A stretch of 64,000 bases of DNA from NCBI RefSeq assembly GCF_001194135.2, contig NC_068984.1, forward strand, positions 87,669,820-87,733,819, written 5' to 3'. The stretch comes from Octopus bimaculoides. Taxonomy: Eukaryota. The position numbers and the translations under genes are program-made. Within the stretch, counting starts at the first letter, position 1. The number at the start of each line of letters is the position of its first letter. The notes below the pieces were generated by a model, which was not told where the DNA came from, did not search any database, and saw only the letters and a list, made by a program, of their open reading frames with translations. Shown here piece by piece: positions 63,946-64,000 of this stretch.

Positions 63946-64000
63946 TCTCTCTCTCTCTCTAGCTATAATTAGTCGATTGAATTGTTATAAACCCAAACTC

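Larger units (their letters stand above)
61392..64000 (-). mobile_element. Gypsy/Ty3 LTR retrotransposon (Mag-like double CCHC), integrase-less, 5' LTR cut by the window edge
   Basis: Identical LTR end tgttataaacccaaactc at 61392 and 63983. Gag has EWKYWFR and RDAFISGL, two Zn knuckles, protease LIDTGS, RT SPWRAQV/GYPLP/FGLTNA and RNase H ETDASEVAISG. Frameshifts and stops throughout. Confidence 0.92.

Overview
AT-rich, microsatellite-dense eukaryotic scaffold with four N-gaps. The SINE/RTE/mariner repertoire resembles an octopus genome; this is inferred from recognising the repeat families, not from a database search. Most of the window is decayed transposable elements: two Penelope-like remnants, CR1- and Tx1-like LINE fragments, three large RTE copies plus a second RTE family, four tRNA-headed SINE families, mariner, pogo/Tigger, hAT/Buster and Merlin DNA transposons, several MITE or foldback elements, a Helitron-like element, and a Gypsy LTR element cut by the right edge. 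No listed ORF is an intact host gene. However, a spliced minus-strand gene can be rebuilt from four small GT-AG exons (58857-58824, 45869-45746, 38738-38627, 28661-28563), giving a 122-aa CS/p23-like domain protein. Highlights: (1) the Gypsy element has no tRNA primer-binding site; the sequence next to its 5' LTR is instead complementary to an Inr-defined site in its own LTR, suggesting Tf1-like self-priming; (2) a tRNA-headed SINE-like element carries a Penelope-type minimal hammerhead ribozyme; (3) the main RTE family carries a PHD-type Cys4-His-Cys3 finger inside its reverse transcriptase. Most repeat boundaries are approximate (about +/-10-30 nt). Exon, TIR, TSD and motif coordinates were counted by hand.
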